DNA from: Candidatus Limnocylindria bacterium
GTDB lineage: Bacteria > Desulfobacterota > Binatia > DP-6
Length of the DNA: 64,000 nucleotides
Assembly: GCA_035559675.1 (NCBI GenBank)
Contig: DATMAZ010000220.1
Location: 11,024 to 75,023 of the forward strand
Direction: 5' to 3'
Both the position numbers and the translations under genes were made by a program. How positions within the stretch are numbered: the stretch's first letter is position 1; every line of letters starts with the position of its first letter. Below, one piece after another: positions 30,240 through 39,949 of this stretch. Below the pieces are notes generated by a model. That model searched no databases. It saw only the letters and a list, made by a program, of their open reading frames with translations, and was not told the DNA's origin.

Positions 30240-31397
30240 ATGACGCCCGACGGGCTGCGGGTCATGGACAGCGACATGCACGTGCTGGAGCCGCCCGACC
30301 TCTGGCAGCGCTACATCGACCCGGCGTTCGCTCACGTGGCGCCCGTCGGTCTCACCGAGATGCCGCGCGACATGCGGGTGCGGGTGAAGTCGCACGTCAT
30401 GCTGAAGCTCGGGCCGGTGCGGCCGCGCGCCGCCGGTGCCAAGGCGTGGAGCAGCGAGCAGGACCGGGTGTTCGCCGACGCCGAGCGGCGCGGCTGGGAC
30501 GCCGACTCGCAGTGCCATGCGATGGACGCGGAGGGCCTCGACCAGGCGGTCCTCTTTCCGAGCCGCGGGCTCTTCGTGCTCGGCCTCGACCTCCCGCAGG
30601 TGGTGGGACTCGACGGCCTCGAGCCCGAGTTCGCCGCCGCCATCGCGCGCGCCTACAACGACTGGCTCCACGACTTCTGCCGCCGCGATCCCGCCCGCCT
30701 CCTCGGCGCGGGCATGGTGGCCCCCCACGACGTGACCAGCGCGGTGGCCGAGACGCGCCGCTGCGCGGAGACGCTCGGCATGAAGACCGTGTTCCTGGCG
30801 CCCGGCTGCGTCGGCCGGCGGCCCTGGCACGATCCGTACTACGACCCGCTCTGGGCGGAGTGCGAGCGGCTCGGCATCGCGCTCACCTTCCACGGCGGCG
30901 GCCAGACCAACTTGAAGCCCGACTTCTCGCTGGAAGTGCTCGACAAGCTCATGATGTGGCACACCTTCAACCAGCCACTCGGCATCATGGCCGTGGCCGT
31001 GAGCCTGACGGCTGGCGGCGTCCTCGAGCGCTTTCCCCAGCTGCGCGTCGGGCTGCTGGAGGGCAACTGCGGCTGGGCGCCCTGGCTGCTGCAGCGCCTC
31101 GACGAGCACTGGGAATGGGTGGGGGCGTACGAGGCGCCGGAGCTCACCATGAAGCCGTCCGAGTATTTCCGCCGCAACTGTTACCTCTCCGTCGAGGCGG
31201 ACGAGCAGTCGGTGAAGTACTACGTCGACGCCTACGGCGACGAGAACCTGGTCTTCTCGACCGACTACCCGCACGCCGACTCGAAGTACCCGCGCTCGGT
31301 GGCGACGTTCCGCACGCTGCCCCTGTCCCCGGACTCGCAGCGAAAGATCCTCTGGGACAACTGCCGGCGCCTCTACGGCCTTCCGGTCGGCCCATGA
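30240..31397 (+). CDS. Amidohydrolase-2 family metal-dependent hydrolase (ACMSD-like)
   Basis: MDSDMHVLEP...HGG...STDYPHAD shows the PF04909 fold signature. Its stop overlaps the next start as ATGA. Confidence 0.7.
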   Translation: MTPDGLRVMDSDMHVLEPPDLWQRYIDPAFAHVAPVGLTEMPRDMRVRVKSHVMLKLGPVRPRAAGAKAWSSEQDRVFADAERRGWDADSQCHAMDAEGLDQAVLFPSRGLFVLGLDLPQVVGLDGLEPEFAAAIARAYNDWLHDFCRRDPARLLGAGMVAPHDVTSAVAETRRCAETLGMKTVFLAPGCVGRRPWHDPYYDPLWAECERLGIALTFHGGGQTNLKPDFSLEVLDKLMMWHTFNQPLGIMAVAVSLTAGGVLERFPQLRVGLLEGNCGWAPWLLQRLDEHWEWVGAYEAPELTMKPSEYFRRNCYLSVEADEQSVKYYVDAYGDENLVFSTDYPHADSKYPRSVATFRTLPLSPDSQRKILWDNCRRLYGLPVGP

Positions 31398-33544
31398 CCG
31401 GGCTCGGCGCCGCCGTCGCGCTGGCAGCCGCGCTGCTGGCCGGACCCGCGGCGGCGACGGCGGTTGCGCCCGTGGTGACGGTCACCACGCGCGGCCCGAA
31501 GATCGTCGTGCGCAGCGAGGCCGCGGAAGCCGTCGTGCGGCGCAAGCACGTGCGGCTCGTCGTGCGGGACCGCTCCACCCGCAAGCGGCTGCTTCGCGAG
31601 CGGGCGCAGGGCGGCCTCTTCTACGAACGCGCCGGGGTGGTCCACGAGCTCGGCCGCGTGACGGCAGCGGAGGTGGTGCCGGGCGGGGTGGCGCTCGTGG
31701 TCGAGACGGACGAGGGCGCGCCCGCCACGCTCACGCTGCGCTTTCAGACGGCGCGCACCCTCGTGGTGGCGCTCGATCCGCCCGATCCCGAGACCGTGGA
31801 GGCGTTCGGCGAGCGGCTGCGCTCGCCGCGCAACGAGGCGATCTACGGGCTGACCTCGCGGCTCCGCGACTCGCCGCCGCTGGTGCCGGGCGTGATCGAC
31901 ATCCCGGCCGACGACGTGATGCCGCCGGAGGTGGGCTCGCTCGACCGGCGCGGCGAGAGCATCGAGATGCGGATCATGCCGACGTTCAGCCTCTACGCGC
32001 CGTTCTTCCAGTCGTCGCGCGGCTACGGGCTCGCGGTGGAGGGCACCACCTTCGGGCGCTTCGACGTGGCACAGAGCGACCCGCGCATCGTGAGCTTCCG
32101 CTTCGAGGCCGGGACGACCCCCGCCTCGCGGCGCCTCGTGTATCGAGTGTTCGTCGGCCCCGAATACGCCACGATACTCGACGAGTACACGAACGCCACG
32201 GGCCGGCCGATCGTGCCCCCGGACTGGACCTTCCTCCATTGGCGCTGGCGCGGCGAACTCACCTTGGGCCCGACGGCGCTGCTCGATGGGCTCCCGGTGA
32301 ACGCCGACGTCGCCGACGACGTGCTGAGCTACGAGGCCTACGGCATCCCGCCGGGTGTCTACCTCTTCGATCGTCCGGTGATGCCCGGCAACTTCGGCTT
32401 CGCCCGCTTCGAGTGGGACGAGGTGCGGCTGCCGAACCCCACCCACATGCTGGACGCGCTCCGGCGGCGCGGCTACCGCTTGGCCGTCTGGAGCAGCACC
32501 TGGGCCTGCGGCGCCGGGCCGGGCGACAACGGCACCGAGGCGCAAGCGCTGGGCTTCCTCGCGCCCGACCCCACCGAGCCGCCCCCGCCTCCCAACTGCG
32601 CCGACGTCGGCGGCACGAGCTTCATCCTGGACGTCACCAACCCGGCAGCGCGAAGCTGGTTCGCCGGCAAGCTCGCCGCCTTCCTCGCCGCCTACGGCCT
32701 CCAGGGCGTGAAGCTCGATCGCGGCGAGGAGCACATTCCGTCCGAGGCGAGCGACATCTGGGCCGATGGGCGCACGGGCCGCGAGGTCCGCAACGACTAT
32801 CCGCGGCTGCAGGCCATGCTGCACCACGAGGCGCTGTCGAGCGCGTTCCCGGACGGCGACTTCTTCCTGGTGACGCGCTCGGCGTACACGGGTACCGCGC
32901 CGTGGGCCGTGTTCTGGGGCGGCGACATCCCGGCCAGCGAGAACTTCGGCGCCGGGGCGGGGACCGACCTCGGGCTGCGCAGCGCGATCATCAGCCAGCA
33001 GCGGGCGGCCTTCATGGGGCTGCCCATCTGGGGCTCGGACACCGGCGGCTACTACGAGTTCAAGGACCGGGAGGTCTTCGCGCGCTGGATCGAGTTCAGC
33101 TGCTTCTCGGGCCTGATGGAGATCGGCGGGGTGGGCGAGCACGCGCCGTGGCGCATGCCGACGACGCCGGCCCTCGACACGGAGCTGATCGACATCTACC
33201 GTCGCTACACGGTGCTCCGCCACACACTCCAGCCGTACATCGTGGCCGCGGCCACCGAGGCGGCCCGCGGCATGCCGATCGTGCGGCCGATGCCGTTCGA
33301 GGATCGGCGGGACCGCCGGCTGCGGGACCGCTGGGACCAGTACCTCTTCGGGCCCGATCTGCTGGTCGCGCCGGTGTGGCGGACGGGCGAGCGCCAGCGC
33401 GAGGTCTACCTGCCGCGCGGGCGGTGGCGGAACTACTTCGACCGCGCGCAGGCGATCGACGGGCCGGCGTTTCGCACCGTGGACGTGCCGCTCGACGCGA
33501 TCGCCGTGTACGTGCGCGACGGCGCCGAGGTGCCCGGCCCATGA
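31394..33544 (+). CDS. Glycoside hydrolase family 31 (alpha-glucosidase/alpha-xylosidase-like), secreted
   Basis: Signal peptide. GH31 catalytic region (VKLDRGEE, WGGDIPAS, IWGSDTGGYY). It is embedded in the artefactual 1584 aa ORF 28790..33544. Confidence 0.8.
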   Translation: MTGLGAAVALAAALLAGPAAATAVAPVVTVTTRGPKIVVRSEAAEAVVRRKHVRLVVRDRSTRKRLLRERAQGGLFYERAGVVHELGRVTAAEVVPGGVALVVETDEGAPATLTLRFQTARTLVVALDPPDPETVEAFGERLRSPRNEAIYGLTSRLRDSPPLVPGVIDIPADDVMPPEVGSLDRRGESIEMRIMPTFSLYAPFFQSSRGYGLAVEGTTFGRFDVAQSDPRIVSFRFEAGTTPASRRLVYRVFVGPEYATILDEYTNATGRPIVPPDWTFLHWRWRGELTLGPTALLDGLPVNADVADDVLSYEAYGIPPGVYLFDRPVMPGNFGFARFEWDEVRLPNPTHMLDALRRRGYRLAVWSSTWACGAGPGDNGTEAQALGFLAPDPTEPPPPPNCADVGGTSFILDVTNPAARSWFAGKLAAFLAAYGLQGVKLDRGEEHIPSEASDIWADGRTGREVRNDYPRLQAMLHHEALSSAFPDGDFFLVTRSAYTGTAPWAVFWGGDIPASENFGAGAGTDLGLRSAIISQQRAAFMGLPIWGSDTGGYYEFKDREVFARWIEFSCFSGLMEIGGVGEHAPWRMPTTPALDTELIDIYRRYTVLRHTLQPYIVAAATEAARGMPIVRPMPFEDRRDRRLRDRWDQYLFGPDLLVAPVWRTGERQREVYLPRGRWRNYFDRAQAIDGPAFRTVDVPLDAIAVYVRDGAEVPGP

Positions 33545-34548
33545 GCTGGGGCGGCGTGACAACCTTTACGCCGCTGTTCCCCGCGGACACGGCGGCGGCC
33601 ATGGTGGCGCTCTGCGAGCGCTTCGGCAGTTACGGGATGTATTCGGAGGAGCCGACGTTCGCCGGCCTGGGCGAGGGCCTGCCCGCCCGCTGGGACGCCG
33701 TGCGCAACTTCCTCAAGACCGGCGATCGAGTGGGGCGCCGGGAGCCGCTCGAGGTGCTGGCGGCGCGCACGAACTACTTCCGGGAGACGTACGCCTACGG
33801 GGCCGCGCCCGCCATCGACGGCATCGAGCCGTTCCTCTTCCACGAGGGCTTCGTCGAGGCGGCCCGCCGGCTCCACGGCCGGCCCGTGGTCGAGCCGGCC
33901 ATCGTGTTCGCGAACCTGCTCGTCCCCGGCCAGGAGCTCGCCGTCCACACCGACGTCCCCGAGTTCCGCGGCGTGAGTCGCAAGAGCCATCCCCAGTGGC
34001 TGATCGTGGTGATGCGGCACAGCGGCCTCTTCGAGGCCTGGCGCATGCCGATCGCCACCGCGGTCGCCTGGTTCCACGACTGCACGGGCGGGGAGTTCGT
34101 CTACTACCCGGACGGCCCCGAGGCGCCCCCGGTGGCGCATCCCGTTCGCTACAACACGGCGCTGCTGCTCGATACCGACAGCGTCTTTCACGGCGTGGCC
34201 CCCCTCGCCGAGCCGGGGACCGAGATCGCACCGCTCCGCCCCGGGATGCGGCTCACCGCCGCCGGCGGGGGCTGGTGGGAGGTCCGGGACGGCGAGCGGC
34301 GCGTCGCGCGCTACCGCTGGGAGGATCTGCGCTTCTCCGTCTCGTGGAAGGCCTACTGCTTCGCCGACGAGGCGGAGCGTCGCCTGTGGGCCGAGCACCG
34401 GGACGATCTCACGGTCGACGCCGTGGTCGAGCGCCTCCTCGAGGACCTCCGCGCCCGCGGCGTGGTCGGCGCCGACGTGCCGCGCGGCAACGAGCTGGTG
34501 GACCTGTTGATCGACACGTACGTGCGCTACCCGAAGCCCACCGCCTGA
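33541..34548 (+). CDS. Conserved hypothetical protein with an HxD...H motif, paralog B
   Basis: ATGA-coupled to the GH31 gene. Contains AVHTDVPEFRG...VFHGVAP and the FVYYPDGPE and SVSWKAYCFADEAERRLWAEH blocks shared with 15079..16065. Confidence 0.65.
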   Translation: MSWGGVTTFTPLFPADTAAAMVALCERFGSYGMYSEEPTFAGLGEGLPARWDAVRNFLKTGDRVGRREPLEVLAARTNYFRETYAYGAAPAIDGIEPFLFHEGFVEAARRLHGRPVVEPAIVFANLLVPGQELAVHTDVPEFRGVSRKSHPQWLIVVMRHSGLFEAWRMPIATAVAWFHDCTGGEFVYYPDGPEAPPVAHPVRYNTALLLDTDSVFHGVAPLAEPGTEIAPLRPGMRLTAAGGGWWEVRDGERRVARYRWEDLRFSVSWKAYCFADEAERRLWAEHRDDLTVDAVVERLLEDLRARGVVGADVPRGNELVDLLIDTYVRYPKPTA

Positions 34549-34666
34549 GCGGCGAGCGGTGGTGTCCGGATGGTGGTCCGTCGCGCGCTCCGCACCCGGC
34601 GCTCGCGGGAAAAAGTGCGTGCACCCCGTTGATATCGGTGCGCGCGACGACTAAAGAGCGAAGTCA

Positions 34667-36613
34667 GTGGGCGTCGCCCGGATGAAGGGACCGGAGCCAG
34701 CGCGCGCGAACGGAGTGCGCGCTCCGTGGACGATCGAGCGGAGCGTCGAGCTCTACCAGGTGCGTGGCTGGGGTGACCCGTACTTCAGCGTGAACGAGCG
34801 CGGGCACGTCTCGGTGCGCCCCGACCCGCAGCGCGAGACCACCATCGACCTCGCCGACCTGGTAAACGACCTCGAGGCCCGCGGGCTGCAGCTGCCGCTG
34901 CTTGTGCGCTTCTCGGACATCGTCGACGATCGCATCCGCACCATCAACGAGTGCTTCCGGCGCGCCATCGAGGAGTACGGCTACGAGGGACGCTACAAGG
35001 GCGTCTACCCGGTGAAGGTCAATCAGCAGCGCCATCTGATCGAGGAGGTGGTGCGCTACGGGCAGCGCTGGGAGTTCGGCCTCGAGGCCGGCAGCAAGCC
35101 CGAGCTGCTGATCGCGCTCGCCATGGCCGAGGGCTCGGGGCTGATCGTCTGCAACGGCTACAAGGACCTCAACTACATCGAGACGGCGCTGATCGCGCAG
35201 CGCTTCGACAAGACGGTCATCGTCGTCCTCGAGCGCATCGAGGAGCTCGACCTGCTGTTCAAGGCGGCCGACCGCCTCGGCATCACGCCCATCGTCGGCG
35301 TGCGCGCCAAGCTGTCGGCCCGCGGGGTCGGGCGCTGGGCCGACTCGACGGGCGACCGCGCCAAGTTCGGGCTCACCAGCCAGGAGATCGTCGAGGTGGT
35401 CGACCGGCTGGCGGCCCGCAACATGCTCGGCTCGCTGCAGCTGCTGCACTTCCACATCGGCAGCCAGATCTCGAGCATCATCCCGGTGAAGAACGCCATC
35501 CGGGAGGCCGCGCAGTACTTCGTCGAGCTCTCCAAGATGGGCGCGCCCATGCGCTACCTCGATGTGGGCGGCGGCCTCGCCGTCGACTACGACGGCTCGC
35601 GCACCGACTTCCACGCGTCGCGCAACTACGGGGTGCAGGAGTACGCCAACGACGTCGTCTCCGGCATCCAGGAGGCCTGCGGGCGGGCCAAGCTGCCCGT
35701 GCCCACCATCGTCAGCGAGAGCGGACGCGCGATCGCCGCCTATCAGGCGGTCCTGGTCTTCGAGGTGCTGGGGTCCAACGAGGCGCGCGTCGAGGAGCCC
35801 ACGCCCCCGCCGCCCGACGCGCACCCCCTCCTGCACACGCTCTACGACACCTACAACGGCATCCAGCCGAAGAACGTGCAGGAGGCGTGGCACGACGCCA
35901 GCCAGGCGCGCGACGAGGCGGAAAGCCTCTTCCAGTACGGCTACATGGGGCTGCGCGAGCGGGCGGCCGCCGAGAAGCTGGTGATCGCCTGCGGGCGCAA
36001 GATCCTGGCCACGGCCCAGCGCATGGGGCCGCTCCCCGAGGATCTGCTCGCGCTCGAGCGGCTGCTCTCAAGCATCTACTACTGCAACTTCTCCGTCTTC
36101 CAGTCGGCGCCCGACACCTGGGCGATCGATCAGCTCTTTCCGATCATGCCGATCCAGCGGCTCGACGAGGAGCCCACCGAGCAGGTGACGCTCGGCGACC
36201 TCACCTGCGACAGCGATGGGGTAATCGACCACTTCATCGACGTGGAAGAGGTGAAGGACGTGCTCCGCGTGCACCGGCTCCGCGAGAACGAGTCGTACCG
36301 TATGGGCATGTTCCTCATGGGCGCCTACCAGGAGATCCTGGGCGACCTGCACAACCTCTTCGGCGACACCAACGCCGTGCACGTGCGGGTGAACGACCAC
36401 GGCTACGACGTGACGCACGTGATCAAGGGCGACTCGATGAACCAGGTGCTGCGCTACGTGCAGTACGACCCCGAGGTGCTGACCGAGCGCATCCGTCAGC
36501 AGGCCGAGCGTGCGTTGGCGGCCGGCCGCATCACGCTCAACCAGATGAAGCTGCTGCTCGAGCACTACGAGCAGAGTCTCCGCAGCTACACCTACCTCAC
36601 CGACGAGGAGTGA
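34667..36613 (+). CDS. speA: Biosynthetic arginine decarboxylase
   Basis: Full-length similarity to SpeA (VYPVKVNQQRH, PLP Lys, HFHIGSQI, EPGRAIAA). A GTG at 34667 or an ATG at 34682 could start it. Confidence 0.9.
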   Translation: MGVARMKGPEPARANGVRAPWTIERSVELYQVRGWGDPYFSVNERGHVSVRPDPQRETTIDLADLVNDLEARGLQLPLLVRFSDIVDDRIRTINECFRRAIEEYGYEGRYKGVYPVKVNQQRHLIEEVVRYGQRWEFGLEAGSKPELLIALAMAEGSGLIVCNGYKDLNYIETALIAQRFDKTVIVVLERIEELDLLFKAADRLGITPIVGVRAKLSARGVGRWADSTGDRAKFGLTSQEIVEVVDRLAARNMLGSLQLLHFHIGSQISSIIPVKNAIREAAQYFVELSKMGAPMRYLDVGGGLAVDYDGSRTDFHASRNYGVQEYANDVVSGIQEACGRAKLPVPTIVSESGRAIAAYQAVLVFEVLGSNEARVEEPTPPPPDAHPLLHTLYDTYNGIQPKNVQEAWHDASQARDEAESLFQYGYMGLRERAAAEKLVIACGRKILATAQRMGPLPEDLLALERLLSSIYYCNFSVFQSAPDTWAIDQLFPIMPIQRLDEEPTEQVTLGDLTCDSDGVIDHFIDVEEVKDVLRVHRLRENESYRMGMFLMGAYQEILGDLHNLFGDTNAVHVRVNDHGYDVTHVIKGDSMNQVLRYVQYDPEVLTERIRQQAERALAAGRITLNQMKLLLEHYEQSLRSYTYLTDEE

Positions 36614-36701
36614 CCGGCGCGGCCGCCGCGTCCACCGCGCCGGCGGCTGCTCGGCCCGCTGCCCCTTGCCAACCCGGTCGCCGTCCGCATAGCACGGGGC
36701 C

Positions 36702-38510
36702 GTGGCACTCGACATTCTAACTCGCCTACGGGGGCGTGCGGGTGACGCGCCGGACGGGCCGCCGACGCTGCCGCTCGCGCCGGCGGCGCCCTTCGCCTTT
36801 TTGCCGATCGCCGGGGTGGACGGCGCGGTCGAGCTCGTCGTGCGCGGGCGGGTGTACGCGCCGCTCGTCCCGGAGCTGCGCCGGGCGTTCGAGCGGCGTC
36901 GCGATGCGGGCGCACGCCACCTGGTGGTCGACGCCACCGCCTTGGAGCAGGTCGATTTCGCCGGCATCGGTTTGCTGGCCGACATGCTGGGCGACGTGTG
37001 GGCCGCGGGCGGCGGCATGGTCATCTACGGGCTCGACCCGCGGATCGAGCGGATGCTCGAGATCACCCAGCTGCGCAGCGTCATGCCGACCGCGGCCGAT
37101 CGCACGCAGGCGCTGGCCCGCATCGGCGACGCGCCGGCCGGCGTCGATCCGGCGACCTTCGACCGCATCCGGCGGCACATCCGGGTGGTGGCCAATGCCG
37201 GGGCCGAGCAGCCCCCCGGCGAGGAGTTGCCGCGGCAGGCGCTCGCGCGCGTGGCGTACGACTACTTCGTGCGGTGGGTGACCGAGCGCGGCATCCCGAA
37301 TCGCGACGACGCATGGGACCGGCTTCGCGCCGAGGCCACGGTGCTGGTGCAGCGGCTGGCGCGCGACGCCGGCTTTGCTTGCTCCCCGGAGGACTGCGCT
37401 CAGGTGGCGGCGCTGCTGGTCTCCGATCTCTGCGGCTTGGGGCCGATCCAGGCCTTCCTCGACGATCCGCTGGTGACGGAGGTCATGGTGAGCGGCGCCG
37501 GCGACGTGCTGATCGAGCGCGCCGGGGCGCTCGAACGAACGGACGTCCGGTTCCGCGACAACGAGCACCTGATGCACACCATCCGCCGCATCGCCGAGCG
37601 GGTCGGTCGCCGCATCGACTTCGCCAACCCGTCGCTCGACGCGCGGCTCGACGACGGCTCGCGCGTGCACGCGCTCGTGCCGCCGGTCGCCATCGACGGC
37701 CCCACGCTCAGCATCCGGAAGTTCGGCGTGCAGTTCCGGCAGCTCGAGGATCTCATCGTGGGCGACATGCTGAGCCCGGACATCGCCTACTATCTCGGCG
37801 CCTGCGTGAAATCGCGCTTGAACGTCGTCATCGGCGGGCCGGCGGCGTCGGGCAAGACGACGCTGCTGCAGGCGCTGGCGGCGCAGGTGCCGCTGCGGGA
37901 GCGGCTGGTGACCATCGAGGAGATCACCGAGCTCGATCTGTCCGAGGTCCACCCGAACGTCGTGCGGCTGCAGGCTCGGCAGGCGAACACCGAAGGGAAG
38001 GGCGAGGTGACGATCCGGCAGCTGGTGCGCGAGGCGCTGCGCATGCGAGCCGATCGCATCCTGGTGGGCGAGGCGCGGGGCGCCGAGATGATCGAGGTGC
38101 TGCAGGCCATGCGCTGCGGGCACGACGGCTCGATGACCACGATCCACGCGTCGTCGCCGTCCGATTTGATCGAACGCGCCACCACCATCGCGCTGTTCGC
38201 CAACCTCGGCCTGTCCGACGATGCGGTCCGGCGAATGGTGATCGACGCGCTCGACGTGATCGTCTTCCTCTACCGGTTCGCCGACGGCCATCGCCGCGTC
38301 GTGCGCGTGACCGAGCCGTACCGTACGGCGCAGGGCGACGTCGCGCTGAACGACGTGTTCACGTTCGACCACGAGGGCTACGACGCCGCGGGGCGCGTGC
38401 AGGGTGGGTTCCGGCTGATCGGCCCGTCCCGCTTCGACGATCGTTTCCGCCGCCAGGGCATCGAGGTGCCGTGGGCGGTCTTCGCGCGGGGCGTGCCGGC
38501 CGCGGACTGA
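36702..38510 (+). CDS. CpaF/TadA-type secretion ATPase with an N-terminal STAS (anti-sigma-antagonist-like) domain
   Basis: GTG start. Residues ~20-125 form a STAS fold (HLVVDATALEQVDFAGIGLLADM...MVIYGLDPRIERMLEIT). Residues 260-602 carry the CpaF core (GGPAASGKTT Walker A, DRILVGEARG Walker B, His box MRCGHDGSMTTIHA). Confidence 0.8.
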   Translation: MALDILTRLRGRAGDAPDGPPTLPLAPAAPFAFLPIAGVDGAVELVVRGRVYAPLVPELRRAFERRRDAGARHLVVDATALEQVDFAGIGLLADMLGDVWAAGGGMVIYGLDPRIERMLEITQLRSVMPTAADRTQALARIGDAPAGVDPATFDRIRRHIRVVANAGAEQPPGEELPRQALARVAYDYFVRWVTERGIPNRDDAWDRLRAEATVLVQRLARDAGFACSPEDCAQVAALLVSDLCGLGPIQAFLDDPLVTEVMVSGAGDVLIERAGALERTDVRFRDNEHLMHTIRRIAERVGRRIDFANPSLDARLDDGSRVHALVPPVAIDGPTLSIRKFGVQFRQLEDLIVGDMLSPDIAYYLGACVKSRLNVVIGGPAASGKTTLLQALAAQVPLRERLVTIEEITELDLSEVHPNVVRLQARQANTEGKGEVTIRQLVREALRMRADRILVGEARGAEMIEVLQAMRCGHDGSMTTIHASSPSDLIERATTIALFANLGLSDDAVRRMVIDALDVIVFLYRFADGHRRVVRVTEPYRTAQGDVALNDVFTFDHEGYDAAGRVQGGFRLIGPSRFDDRFRRQGIEVPWAVFARGVPAAD

Positions 38511-38545
38511 GCGTTCCTACCGGCGAGCCCCGTTCGCCGGCCCGT

Positions 38546-39895
38546 TCACCGGCCGGCGCTCGTCCCGGAGGGCGCCTCCCAGAGGTGCTCGCGCGTCTCG
38601 GCGGCGATCACGCCGCTCAGCGCGAGCAGCGCCACGAGATTCGGGACGGCCATGAGCCCGTTGGCAATGTCGGCGAACGCCCAGACGGCCCGCAGGGAGG
38701 CGACCGAGCCCACCATCACGGCGAGCACCCACAGCACCCGGTACGGGCGGATGGCGGCGACGCCGAAGAGATACTCGGCGGCCTTCTCCCCGTAGTAGGA
38801 CCAGCCAAGGATGGTGGAGAACACGAAGGTGAGCAGCCCTATGGTGAGCACGATGGGGCCGACCACGGGCAGGTCGGCGAAGGCCGCCGTGGTGAGCGCC
38901 GCGCCGCCGATCCCCTGGGTCCATTCGCCCGAGTTCACCACCACGAGCCCGGTAAGCGCGCACACCACCACGGTGTCCCAGAACGTGCCGGTGGCCGACA
39001 CCAGCGCCTGGCGCACCGGGGTCGTGGTCCGGGCGGCGGCGGCGACGATGGGCGCGCTGCCGAGCCCCGACTCGTTCGAGAAGAGGCCGCGCGCCACGCC
39101 GTAGCGGATGGCGTCGCGCATGGCGGCGCCGGCGAAGCCGCCGACCGCCGCCTGCCCGGTGAACGCGCTCGAGACGATCAGCCGCAGCGTGTCGGGGAGC
39201 GCGGCGGCGTTGGTGACCAGCAGCACGGTGCAGCCGACGACGTAGAAGAGCGCCATGAACGGCACCAGCGCCTCGCACACGCGCGCGATCGAGCGGATGC
39301 CGCCCAGGGTGACGACGGCGGTGGCGACGGTCATGAGGGCGCCCGAGATCCAGGGGCTCACCTGGAACGTCTCGTGCGCCAAGGACGCGATGGCGTTGGC
39401 CTGCACCATGTTGCCGATGCCAAAGGCGGCGACGGCGGTGAACGCGGCGAACGCGACGCCGAGCCAGCGCTGCCCGAGCCCGCGCTCGAGCACGTACATC
39501 GGCCCGCCGGCCATCGTCCCTGCCGGCGTGCGGATGCGGTATTTGATGGCGAGCACCGCCTCGCCGTACTTGGTAGCGATGCCGAACACGCCGGTGAGCC
39601 ACATCCACAGCACCGCGCCCGGGCCGCCGGAGGCGACGGCGGTCGCCACGCCGACGATGTTGCCGGTGCCGATCGTGGCGGCGAGCGCGGTGACGAGCGC
39701 GCCGAAGTGGCTCACGTCGCCTTCGCCCTCGGGATCGCGCTGCACCGAAAGGCGGATCGCGCGCCCCATGTAGCGCTGGATGAAGCGCAGGCGAACCGTG
39801 AGGAAGAGGTGCGTGCCGACCAGCAGCACGAGCAGCGGTGGGCCCCACACGAGGTCGCTCACGCGGCCGAGAAACTGCTCGAGCCCCTGCATCAT
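38546..39895 (-). CDS. Alanine/glycine:cation symporter (AGCS family)
   Basis: MMQGLEQFLGRVSDLVWGPPLL...GTGNIVGVATA...GGPGAVLWMW are AGCS signature blocks, with 11 TM helices. Confidence 0.85.
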   Translation of the reverse strand: MMQGLEQFLGRVSDLVWGPPLLVLLVGTHLFLTVRLRFIQRYMGRAIRLSVQRDPEGEGDVSHFGALVTALAATIGTGNIVGVATAVASGGPGAVLWMWLTGVFGIATKYGEAVLAIKYRIRTPAGTMAGGPMYVLERGLGQRWLGVAFAAFTAVAAFGIGNMVQANAIASLAHETFQVSPWISGALMTVATAVVTLGGIRSIARVCEALVPFMALFYVVGCTVLLVTNAAALPDTLRLIVSSAFTGQAAVGGFAGAAMRDAIRYGVARGLFSNESGLGSAPIVAAAARTTTPVRQALVSATGTFWDTVVVCALTGLVVVNSGEWTQGIGGAALTTAAFADLPVVGPIVLTIGLLTFVFSTILGWSYYGEKAAEYLFGVAAIRPYRVLWVLAVMVGSVASLRAVWAFADIANGLMAVPNLVALLALSGVIAAETREHLWEAPSGTSAGR

Positions 39896-39949
39896 CCCCA
39901 CCTCCGACGTTTCGGCTCCTACCACGGCAGACAGCCGCGTAAAACCCGC

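Noticed and set aside
28790-33544. 1584 aa ORF on the plus strand
   Set aside because: Upstream of 31394 it is an off-frame Arg/Ala/Gly-rich artefact overlapping five well-supported genes in other frames. Only the GH31 portion (31394..33544) is real.
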